NCBI GenBank assembly: GCA_030065205.1 | Contig: JASJDN010000116.1 | Location: forward strand, 1-16,325 | DNA: 16,325 nt | Source: Crocosphaera sp. | GTDB taxonomy: Bacteria > Cyanobacteriota > Cyanobacteriia > Cyanobacteriales > Microcystaceae | Direction: 5' to 3' | Shown here: positions 7,165-14,148 of the stretch, in pieces | How positions within the stretch are numbered: the stretch's first letter is position 1 | How the letters are laid out: each line of letters begins with the position of its first letter | Notes under the pieces: model-generated | Database searches by the model: none | Told to the model about the DNA's origin: nothing | The model's input: the letters and a program-made list of their open reading frames with translations, nothing else | Made by a program: the position numbers and the translations under genes

Positions 7165-7855
7165 AAGATATCGTCATTTAAACTCACCCAATCAAAACCT
7201 AGATTCTTTCTTAGATATTTTGACCAATACCGTCGGTGTATTAATGTTTATTAGTTTATTTATTACCGTTGTTGCAGTGGAATCAAGTACCATTGTTACC
7301 ACACCTTTAGTATCTAATACTGAGAAAAAACCCCGATTTTTTGAAGTCAGAAATAATAAAATCTCTTATATCAATGATGAAGAAATTGATCGTCAAATTA
7401 CTCTGTTAATGAAAAATCTTCCTGAATGTTCTGTCCCTGAACTTCCCACTAACTTAGACACTTACACTTATCAATATTATCTCAATCGTATTCAAGAATA
7501 TGAAAATTGTCGAGCGCAAACCCTTCAAAGTTTTCAACGGTTTAGAGGAGAAACGGAACATTACAAAGTCAAATTTTATGACCTTGATGCACTTATTTAT
7601 GAACCCATAACTCCCGAAACAGGAGAATCTTATAAAACCATTGCTCAAACGGATTCCAGTTTTAATCAAACCTTAGAAAAGTTTGATCCTCAAACAGATT
7701 ATTTAGCATTTTTAGTCCGTCCCGATAGTTTTTCTGCGTTTAGAATGGCGAGAAAACAAGCATGGAAAGCAGGATATAATGTCGGTTGGGAACCGTTAAA
7801 ACAAGAAACTCCTATTGTGTTTGGTTCCAACGGCAGAACCGTGGGAGTACAATAA
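7154..7855 (+). CDS. Second single-TM TolR/ExbD-like accessory protein, retaining TM Asp
   Basis: N-terminal TM 'DSFLDILTNTVGVLMFISLFITVVA', C-terminal 'YLAFLVRPDSFSAFRMARKQAWKAGYNVGWEPLKQETPI'. Overlaps the preceding gene by 11 bp. Confidence 0.75.
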   Translation: MRTRRYRHLNSPNQNLDSFLDILTNTVGVLMFISLFITVVAVESSTIVTTPLVSNTEKKPRFFEVRNNKISYINDEEIDRQITLLMKNLPECSVPELPTNLDTYTYQYYLNRIQEYENCRAQTLQSFQRFRGETEHYKVKFYDLDALIYEPITPETGESYKTIAQTDSSFNQTLEKFDPQTDYLAFLVRPDSFSAFRMARKQAWKAGYNVGWEPLKQETPIVFGSNGRTVGVQ

Positions 7856-7886
7856 AATAAATTGATTATTTTCCTGTTTACTTATT

Positions 7887-8327
7887 ATGTCAATTTTTCA
7901 CACCTTATTAAAGCTATCCACTGACGAAAGTATTGGTTTCTATAATATTACCGAATCTGTACAGCAATTTATTAACACAACTAACATAAAAAATGGCCAA
8001 GTTATTGTTTTCTCAAGACATACAACCACTGCACTTGTTATCAACGAAGATGAAACCCGATTATTAGAAGATATCAAAACCTATTTAACCAAATTAGCTC
8101 CCCCCACAGACGCTTATTTGCACAATGATTTACATTTACGAGATGTCCCTCCTGATGAACCCGAAAACGCTCATTCTCATCTCATGGCCATGACGTTAAG
8201 TACCAGTGAAATTATCCCTATTGTAGACGGAAAATTAGCCCTTGGAACCTATCAATCTTTGATGTTAGTAGAATTAGATGGACCCAGACAACGGACTGTT
8301 TTTGTTCAAGTATGTGGTGAAAGTTAA
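7887..8327 (+). CDS. YjbQ/UPF0047 family protein (secondary thiamine-phosphate synthase-type)
   Basis: Family motifs 'FSRHTTTALVINEDE', 'NDLHLRDVPPDEPENAHSHLMAMTLSTSEIIPI' and 'LALGTYQSLMLVELDGPRQRTVFVQV'. Confidence 0.93.
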   Translation: MSIFHTLLKLSTDESIGFYNITESVQQFINTTNIKNGQVIVFSRHTTTALVINEDETRLLEDIKTYLTKLAPPTDAYLHNDLHLRDVPPDEPENAHSHLMAMTLSTSEIIPIVDGKLALGTYQSLMLVELDGPRQRTVFVQVCGES

Positions 8328-8336
8328 TGAATATAG

Positions 8337-8389
8337 CATTTTTCGGACTCATGAGGTACACCTAACTCCTGCCTACTGCCTCCTGCCTC
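8337..8389 (-). repeat. 53-bp repeat, inverted relative to the copy at 10875..10927
   Basis: Reverse complement GAGGCAGGAGGCAGTAGGCAGGAGTTAGGTGTACCTCATGAGTCCGAAAAATG is near-identical to 10875..10927. Confidence 0.9.
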
Positions 8390-8458
8390 AAAGCGATCAC
8401 CTTTGTACCTCACAAGTATGGGAACTGCTATATTCACAGTATCAGAAAAGATAGTTAG

Positions 8459-8486
8459 ATAGGAGTCAATAGTTATTGACCCCTAT
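8459..8486. promoter_or_regulatory. 28-bp near-perfect palindrome between convergent genes
   Basis: ATAGGAGTCAATA-GT-TATTGACCCCTAT: 12 of 13 arm positions complementary, 2-nt spacer. Confidence 0.45.
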
Positions 8487-8515
8487 AATATTAACGTTGA
8501 TTATTTAAGGTTATA

Positions 8516-9010
8516 TTACTTAGTTAAATGCTGTATTTTGCTCAAAAAAGAGTTTTGATATTTGATCAATCCCATAGCTTCACATCCACTAGAAATTACT
8601 CCCATTGAGACTAAACCAATAGATAATAATCCCATCGTTACTGTCCCACAAGAGATTAAACCCATCGGAACAATTCCGATAGAAATCACTCCCATTGGAA
8701 CAATTCCAATAGAAATTACTCCCATTGGAACAATTCCGATAGAAAATAAAGGTAATCCCATTGGGTTATGGTGATGAGAATGAGTCAGAGATGGAGAAAA
8801 TAAATGACTAAGATGATGAATATCTATGGGATAAATTATAGTCCCTAAAACTAACATTAAGATGAGACTTAGAAGGATTATAATAAAAAAAATATTACCC
8901 CTTAGTTGTCCGTTATTAATTAATAATAACTTAGAAATGCTTTGCTCTTTAATGATGGTTTGATTGGTCGTATCTGTTTCTTGAAGTTGCTGAATTGTTT
9001 GAGCGTTCAT
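8516..9010 (-). CDS. Membrane-anchored decapeptide-repeat protein
   Basis: TM segment 'NIFFIIILLSLILMLVLGTIIYP' followed by six tandem 10-aa units, 'SIGIVPMGVI SIGIVPMGVI SIGIVPMGLI SCGTVTMGLL SIGLVSMGVI SSGCEAMGLI'. Confidence 0.8.
   Translation of the reverse strand: MNAQTIQQLQETDTTNQTIIKEQSISKLLLINNGQLRGNIFFIIILLSLILMLVLGTIIYPIDIHHLSHLFSPSLTHSHHHNPMGLPLFSIGIVPMGVISIGIVPMGVISIGIVPMGLISCGTVTMGLLSIGLVSMGVISSGCEAMGLIKYQNSFLSKIQHLTK
8661..8750 (-). repeat. Three tandem 30-bp DNA units within the decapeptide-repeat gene
   Basis: CCCATCGGAACAATTCCGATAGAAATCACT / CCCATTGGAACAATTCCAATAGAAATTACT / CCCATTGGAACAATTCCGATAGAAAATAAA. Confidence 0.9.
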
Positions 9011-9261
9011 TGTTTTTAAGTTGCGGGGATAACATTGGTAGATAATGTTAGTGTTCCCATAAAAGTCTTGAAAATAAACAAGACTATAAAAAATACTTAA
9101 CCTTAAGTTAAGAGTAATTAATAAATAATTATTTCCTTGACTTTAGCTCAATAGATTAAAAAATTAAACAAATCTTCACATTCATGATACATTGATTAAG
9201 AATGGGACTAACTTAACTAAACGTTAGCCTGCACAAGACCTCACAAAGATAAGGATAAATT

Positions 9262-10221
9262 ATGCCTTTTACTTTAGATTCAGCCCGTAATATTTTTCCG
9301 AATACCTTAGCTGCTGATGCTGTTCCTGCAACTATCGCCAGATTTGAGCAACTCAGCGCCGAGGACCAACTGGCTCTCATTTGGTTTGCTTACTTAGAGA
9401 TGGGTAAAAATATCACCGTTGCTGCTCCTGGTGCGGCCAATATGCAGTTTGCTGAAGGTACGATTAAAGAGATCATTAACATGACCCCTTTAGAGCAAAG
9501 TCAGGCAATGTGCGACTTAGCCAACCGTGCCGATACATCCGTCAGTCGGACTTATGCGACTTGGAGTCCTAATATCAAGCTTGGTTTTTGGTACGAACTA
9601 GGAAGATTAATGGAACAGGGCAAAGTTGCTCCTATTCCTCAAGGTTATAAGCTGTCGGCTAATGCTAATGCTGTCCTCGTAACCATTACAGGTTTAGAAC
9701 CAGGTCAACAAATTACCGTTCTTCGCAATTGTGTGGTGGATATGGGTTATGACCCCAGTAAAATGAGCAATTTCCAAAAGATTAGTGAACCGGTTGTCCC
9801 CCCCAAAGAAATTGGACAACGGACTCAAGTGAAGATTGAAGGGGTTGACAATGCAACTATCCTTAGCTACATGAATAACTTAAATGCGAATGACTTTGAT
9901 GCTCTCATCGCATTATTCACCGAAGATGGAGCCTTACAACCTCCCTTCCGCAGACCGATTGTTGGTAAAGAAAACGTGCTGCGTTTCTTCCGTGAAGAAT
10001 GTCAAAATCTTAATTTAATTCCCGAACGCGGAGTCAGTGAACCGGCTGACGATGGTTTCACTCAAATTAAAGTCACAGGAACCTGTCAAACCCCTTGGTT
10101 TGGTGGTGGTGTTGGTATGAATATTGCTTGGCGATTTTTGTTGAATCCTGAAAATAAAATTTTCTTTGTGGCCATTGATTTATTGGCTTCTCCCAAAGAA
10201 CTATTGAACTTAGTTCGTTAA
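9262..10221 (+). CDS. ocp: Orange carotenoid protein (OCP)
   Basis: Full-length 319 aa: MPFTLDSARNIFPNTLAADAVPATIARFEQLSAEDQLALIWFAYLEMGKNITVAAPG...GFWYELGRLMEQG...CQTPWFGGGVGMNIAWRFLLNPENKIFFVAIDLLASPKELLNL. Confidence 0.98.
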   Translation: MPFTLDSARNIFPNTLAADAVPATIARFEQLSAEDQLALIWFAYLEMGKNITVAAPGAANMQFAEGTIKEIINMTPLEQSQAMCDLANRADTSVSRTYATWSPNIKLGFWYELGRLMEQGKVAPIPQGYKLSANANAVLVTITGLEPGQQITVLRNCVVDMGYDPSKMSNFQKISEPVVPPKEIGQRTQVKIEGVDNATILSYMNNLNANDFDALIALFTEDGALQPPFRRPIVGKENVLRFFREECQNLNLIPERGVSEPADDGFTQIKVTGTCQTPWFGGGVGMNIAWRFLLNPENKIFFVAIDLLASPKELLNLVR

Positions 10222-10277
10222 TTGGGAAAATTTTTGCTATATTTTTAAGAATAGTAAAATCACAATTAATACGATAG

Positions 10278-10302
10278 ATACGCTCTACTGGTTAGGGCGT
10301 AT
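10278..10302 (+). promoter_or_regulatory. Stem-loop in the OCP-FRP intergenic region
   Basis: ATACGCTCTA-CTGGT-TAGGGCGTAT: 10-bp stem (one G-U pair), 5-nt loop, no following T-run. Confidence 0.5.
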
Positions 10303-10325
10303 TCTAATGACTTCAAAATTCCGCT

Positions 10326-10655
10326 ATGAATACGAACACTCAACAATCATTAGAAACAGATCAAAAAATTGCCCAAGAAGCATTGAAAAAAGCTTATGCT
10401 AGAGAAACGGAAGCACTGGTGGCTGAAATTACTCAAAAAGCCAGTTGCATCACTGATATTAACGACATTTGGGCTTTAAGTGACTATTTGAACAGTCAAC
10501 GCTACAATATCGATGGTAAGTATGACTGTCGAGAGTCTACGTCCCTTTTTGTATTGGCTCAATTGGTTAAAGAAAGATGGTTAACCCTTGATGAATTAAG
10601 CGGTTTAACCCCTTCGACAAAAGCAAAATTAACTGCGTTGGCAAAGATGTCCTAA
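10326..10655 (+). CDS. frp: Fluorescence recovery protein (FRP)
   Basis: 109 aa directly downstream of ocp. Sequence 'ARETEALVAEITQKASCITDINDIWALSDYLNSQRYNIDGKYDCRESTSLFVLAQLVKERWLTLDELSGL' matches FRP. Confidence 0.95.
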   Translation: MNTNTQQSLETDQKIAQEALKKAYARETEALVAEITQKASCITDINDIWALSDYLNSQRYNIDGKYDCRESTSLFVLAQLVKERWLTLDELSGLTPSTKAKLTALAKMS

Positions 10656-10669
10656 TAAGAGAGTTATTT

Positions 10670-10814
10670 GTCATTGCGAAGGGAGTTAATCACGACTCTA
10701 CACTAATTTATCGTTATTATTCCCCCGAAGCAATCTCCCATAGACATAGAGATTGCTTCGGGGTATTTTTAATGAAAATTAAAACTGACTGTTGATATTA
10801 TCCCTCGCAATGAC
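10670..10814 (+). repeat. MITE-like element copy 1
   Basis: Ends GTCATTGCGA...TCGCAATGAC, internal hairpin CCCCGAAGCAATCTC (10723..10737) / GAGATTGCTTCGGGG (10749..10763) followed by TATTTTT. Confidence 0.9.
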
Positions 10815-10874
10815 AGTTGACGATTATTGAAGTTATACCAAATCCGATTCTTAAACCTATCTTATCTTCTAGAA

Positions 10875-10927
10875 GAGGCAGGAGGCAGGAGGCAGGAGTT
10901 AAGTGTACCTCATGAGTCCGAGAAACG
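10875..10927 (+). repeat. 53-bp repeat with three tandem GGCAGGA heptamers (10877..10897); inverted copy at 8337..8389
   Basis: GAGGCAGGAGGCAGGAGGCAGGAGTTAAGTGTACCTCATGAGTCCGAGAAACG. Confidence 0.9.
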
Positions 10928-10997
10928 CTATAAATGAGAATTAAGTTGCAAAAAATATAGGTTAGGGAAAACAACAATTGAACTCTAGTTAATCGGT

Positions 10998-12230
10998 TTA
11001 ATCACTGTAAGGAAAATCAGAATCTTTCGCCTTTTTGACCATTTCTAAGTCAACCTTCAACGATTGAGCGATTATTTCCTCAGAGACTCCGTGCTTTAGT
11101 AGAGCATCTATTGTTTGAAAAATAGAAATCTCGGGAGTAACACCCTTGAGTCTTCCCTGATCATCTAATTGTTCAAAGGTCATTTGAGGACAATCTGGTT
11201 GACGTTGAGCAGCGAAAGAAAATAGTCTCTCACAATAGCCATCTAGACCATCTAACTTATGATCGTCTACAGAAGTAAACTTGCCATTATAACCTTGTCT
11301 CCCTGGGATTCTGATTCTTTTCCCGTTTTCATCAATCCTAAACAAGCAATCGATATCTCTATTTATCTTATTAAGACGTAGCATACATCCTTCACGGGAA
11401 TAACGATAAATTAATTCACGAAAAGGAATATCTGGAACGGGATCATTATCGTTCATAAATCGCCAGTATTGATACTTTAACCTCTCATTAATGAGATTTC
11501 GATAAAGAATATTACCAACACGAGGCGCACCGAATGTATAAACACCAGATACATCGATTCCTTGCTCTAGTAAATAGTTAGCTGCAAGAATAGCGATCGC
11601 ACCTCCTAAACTATGTCCAGTTAACCAGACACTCTCTGCGGAGCTTAGTCGGTTTATCACAAAGTCCTGATAGAGTTGATGGCGTAGAAGTTCTTTAAAA
11701 GCAGCCAAAAAACCACGATGAACCCTCGGTTTTTTACTGAAAATAACGGCTAAAGGATTCTCATGTTCGTATGGTTTATCTGTATAATCGAGTTCACGAG
11801 AACGGAATTTAAAATTTGTTGCCCAGTCACTAACTTTTTTTTCAGACCCACGGAACCCAATAATAGCAGTGTTTTTATGAAAAATAATTAATCCTTGGGT
11901 GTCAGCAATATACTTCTTTTTGTTGTCACCAATATCTTCGTCATCATCTTCAATATCTTGACTATCAATAAAGATGGTTTTTTGGATATCTTCATAACTA
12001 CATCCCCAACTATATAGAGTCGATCGCACCGCTTCTTCGTACCCTATATTCATACGTTTTGCATTCACAGACTTTAAATAACAGAGTTGAGAAATATTGG
12101 CGCAGATGTAAGCATTTTCAAAGTTAGGTTCTGATTGTTTGTAGTCTGTTGGGGGTGATAATCTGGGGGTAAAAAAATCAAAAGCAGAACGTTGCATTTG
12201 GGGTGTTTCGGGATTCAATGTAGAAGTCAT
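10998..12230 (-). CDS. Lipase class 3 family protein (alpha/beta hydrolase)
   Basis: 410 aa with the 'VWLTGHSLGGAIAILAANYL' nucleophile motif, 'VYTFGAPRVGN', 'MNDNDPVPDIPF' and 'DDHKLDGLDGYCERL'. Confidence 0.92.
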   Translation of the reverse strand: MTSTLNPETPQMQRSAFDFFTPRLSPPTDYKQSEPNFENAYICANISQLCYLKSVNAKRMNIGYEEAVRSTLYSWGCSYEDIQKTIFIDSQDIEDDDEDIGDNKKKYIADTQGLIIFHKNTAIIGFRGSEKKVSDWATNFKFRSRELDYTDKPYEHENPLAVIFSKKPRVHRGFLAAFKELLRHQLYQDFVINRLSSAESVWLTGHSLGGAIAILAANYLLEQGIDVSGVYTFGAPRVGNILYRNLINERLKYQYWRFMNDNDPVPDIPFRELIYRYSREGCMLRLNKINRDIDCLFRIDENGKRIRIPGRQGYNGKFTSVDDHKLDGLDGYCERLFSFAAQRQPDCPQMTFEQLDDQGRLKGVTPEISIFQTIDALLKHGVSEEIIAQSLKVDLEMVKKAKDSDFPYSD

Positions 12231-12379
12231 AATTGATTCCTCTAGGTATCATAGAGTTAACTTACTCTTAATCTAGTAGTAATTTGAGAAGAAGTTTCTG
12301 ATAAATACCTTATCTTTAAAGATTTGTTATTTAAGTTAAAGTAGCTTAATAATTTAGTTTATTGTCTGTGGATTTAATT

Positions 12380-12523
12380 GTCATTGCGAGGGGAGTTAAC
12401 CACTACTATAGACCAATTTATAATCATTATTCCCCCGAAGCAATCTCTATGTCTATGGTAGATTGCTTCGGGGTATTTTTAATGAAATCAAGACTGACTA
12501 TTGATATTACCCCTCGCAATGAC
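12380..12523 (+). repeat. MITE-like element copy 2
   Basis: GTCATTGCGAGGGG...CCCCTCGCAATGAC. Internal hairpin CCCCGAAGCAATCT (12433..12446) / AGATTGCTTCGGGG (12460..12473) then TATTTTT. Confidence 0.92.
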
Positions 12524-12607
12524 AGTTGACGATTACTGAAGTTATACATCTTCCAATAAAATTTCTTGCATCATATTATTATCAAGATTAGACATTATTT
12601 TTTAATT

Positions 12608-12751
12608 GTCATTGCAAGGGGAGTTAACTACTACTATAGACCAATTTATAATCATTATTCTCCCGAAGCAATCTCTATGTCTATGGTAGATTGCTTCGGG
12701 GTATTTTTAATGAAATCAAGACTGACTATTGATATTACCCCTCGCAATGAC
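12608..12751 (+). repeat. MITE-like element copy 3
   Basis: GTCATTGCAAGGGGAGTTAACTACTACTATAGACC...GATATTACCCCTCGCAATGAC, nearly identical to copy 2. Confidence 0.92.
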
Positions 12752-12799
12752 GGTTTATTATTGTTTCAGTTAACCTCTACAATTTTTATAAATAAATGA

Positions 12800-14014
12800 T
12801 TAACTATTAATAATTAATTGATCCACATCTTCGGGTAATATTTGCTGCATAATATAAGGGTTAACATCAGGAATAGTAACTAAACGATTGGCTTGTTTTT
12901 CAATGGCTTTTTCAAACATATTTCTCACTAATCTACCATTACCAAAACTTTTATCCCGATGATCATATAATTCTTTAAATCGGGTTAATAATACTTCTTT
13001 TGCTGCTTCAGTTAGAGTATAATGATGTTGATGGCAAAAGATATCAAAAATTTTAATTAATTCCTGTGGGGTATAATCTTCAAAATAAAAATAACGACTA
13101 AACCGAGATTTTAATCCAGGATTAGAGTTAACAAAACGGGTCATTTCATCTCCATAACCAGCCACAATCACCACTAATCTATCCCGATAATCTTCCATTC
13201 TTTTTAATAACATATCAATGGCTTCTTGTCCAAAATCATTACCAGGATCGACAGGTTTTAGGGTATAAGCTTCATCAATAAATAATACGCCATCTAGAGC
13301 AGAATTCACTAATTCATCCACCCGTTGCGCGGTTTGTCCCACGTATCCGGCCACCATTCCAGAACGATCTGTTTCAATTAAATGACCTTTTTTCAGTATT
13401 CCTAATTGTTGATAAATTTGCCCCATTAATCTCGCGACGGTGGTTTTACCTGTGCCTGGAGAACCACAAAAAACCGAATGCAAGGTGATAGAAACGGGTT
13501 GTAACCCTTGTTTTTCTCGTAACTTTTGGACTTTAAGAAAGTTGATATATTGACGAACTTCATCTTTTAAATGATTCAGTCCAATGAGTTTATCTAATTC
13601 TTTTAATTGTTCTTCAATACTAGACTTAGGAGACGGGGAATAATGAGGAGTATAAGCAGGGGGAGGGGATGATTTTTGTGATTCTTGTTGTCTCACTTTT
13701 TCTCGATCATATTGAAGTTGCTGTCTGCGTCTTTCTTCCCTATTCAATTCTGTTTGTTTAATTCTTTCTTGTTCTATTTTTAATTCTTGTCTACGTCTGA
13801 TTTCTGCTCGTAGTCTTGCTTTTTCTCTTTCTAATTCTTGTTGTTTTTTTAAGAGTAATTGATAGTCTTCTTCTTGTTGAACCAAACGGCGATCGCGTTC
13901 CATTTCTTGTTGCTGTTTGGATTTTTTTTGCTGTTCTTGCTGTCTCAGTTTTTCTAAATCTTGTTTAATTTGATCATCATAATTAGGAAAGTCTGACATT
14001 CTCTTTAACTCCAA
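12800..14014 (-). CDS. AAA+ ATPase of the CbbX/SpoVK type with a long Q/E/R-rich coiled-coil N-terminus
   Basis: Walker A 'CGSPGTGKTTVARLMGQIYQQLG', Walker B 'GVLFIDEAYTL', 'NPGLKSRFSRYFYFEDY', 'SFGNGRLVRNMFEKAIEKQANRL'. First ~130 aa are highly charged and helix-forming. Confidence 0.93.
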   Translation of the reverse strand: MELKRMSDFPNYDDQIKQDLEKLRQQEQQKKSKQQQEMERDRRLVQQEEDYQLLLKKQQELEREKARLRAEIRRRQELKIEQERIKQTELNREERRRQQLQYDREKVRQQESQKSSPPPAYTPHYSPSPKSSIEEQLKELDKLIGLNHLKDEVRQYINFLKVQKLREKQGLQPVSITLHSVFCGSPGTGKTTVARLMGQIYQQLGILKKGHLIETDRSGMVAGYVGQTAQRVDELVNSALDGVLFIDEAYTLKPVDPGNDFGQEAIDMLLKRMEDYRDRLVVIVAGYGDEMTRFVNSNPGLKSRFSRYFYFEDYTPQELIKIFDIFCHQHHYTLTEAAKEVLLTRFKELYDHRDKSFGNGRLVRNMFEKAIEKQANRLVTIPDVNPYIMQQILPEDVDQLIINS

Positions 14015-14148
14015 CGGATTAAACCGTGCCTAATTGTTCCTTTATTTAAGATTATCAGATTTTTAATCATAAAAATTTCCTAAATTTTTTCCTGATTGTT
14101 GATGAAATTTGACCCCCAATCCCGAGACATTCGATAGACTATACGGGA

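Noticed and set aside
7454-7669. 71-aa minus-strand ORF
   Set aside because: Entirely antisense inside the second TolR-like gene, whose frame has recognisable conserved residues.
5389-7855. Interpreting the motor triplet as a Zorya anti-phage system
   Set aside because: ZorA/ZorB-like layout is superficially similar, but there are no ZorC/D/E-type genes, no long ZorA tail and no OmpA-like peptidoglycan-binding domain in the B subunits.
8562-8774. 70-aa plus-strand ORF 'MINPIASHPLEITPIETKPIDNNP...'
   Set aside because: It is the antisense frame of the 30-bp tandem repeats. Periodicity keeps the frame open. The minus-strand ORF is longer, with an N-terminal region and TM segment.
12566-12799. 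77-aa plus-strand ORF
   Set aside because: Mostly translation of MITE-like copy 3 and AT-rich spacer; non-coding character.
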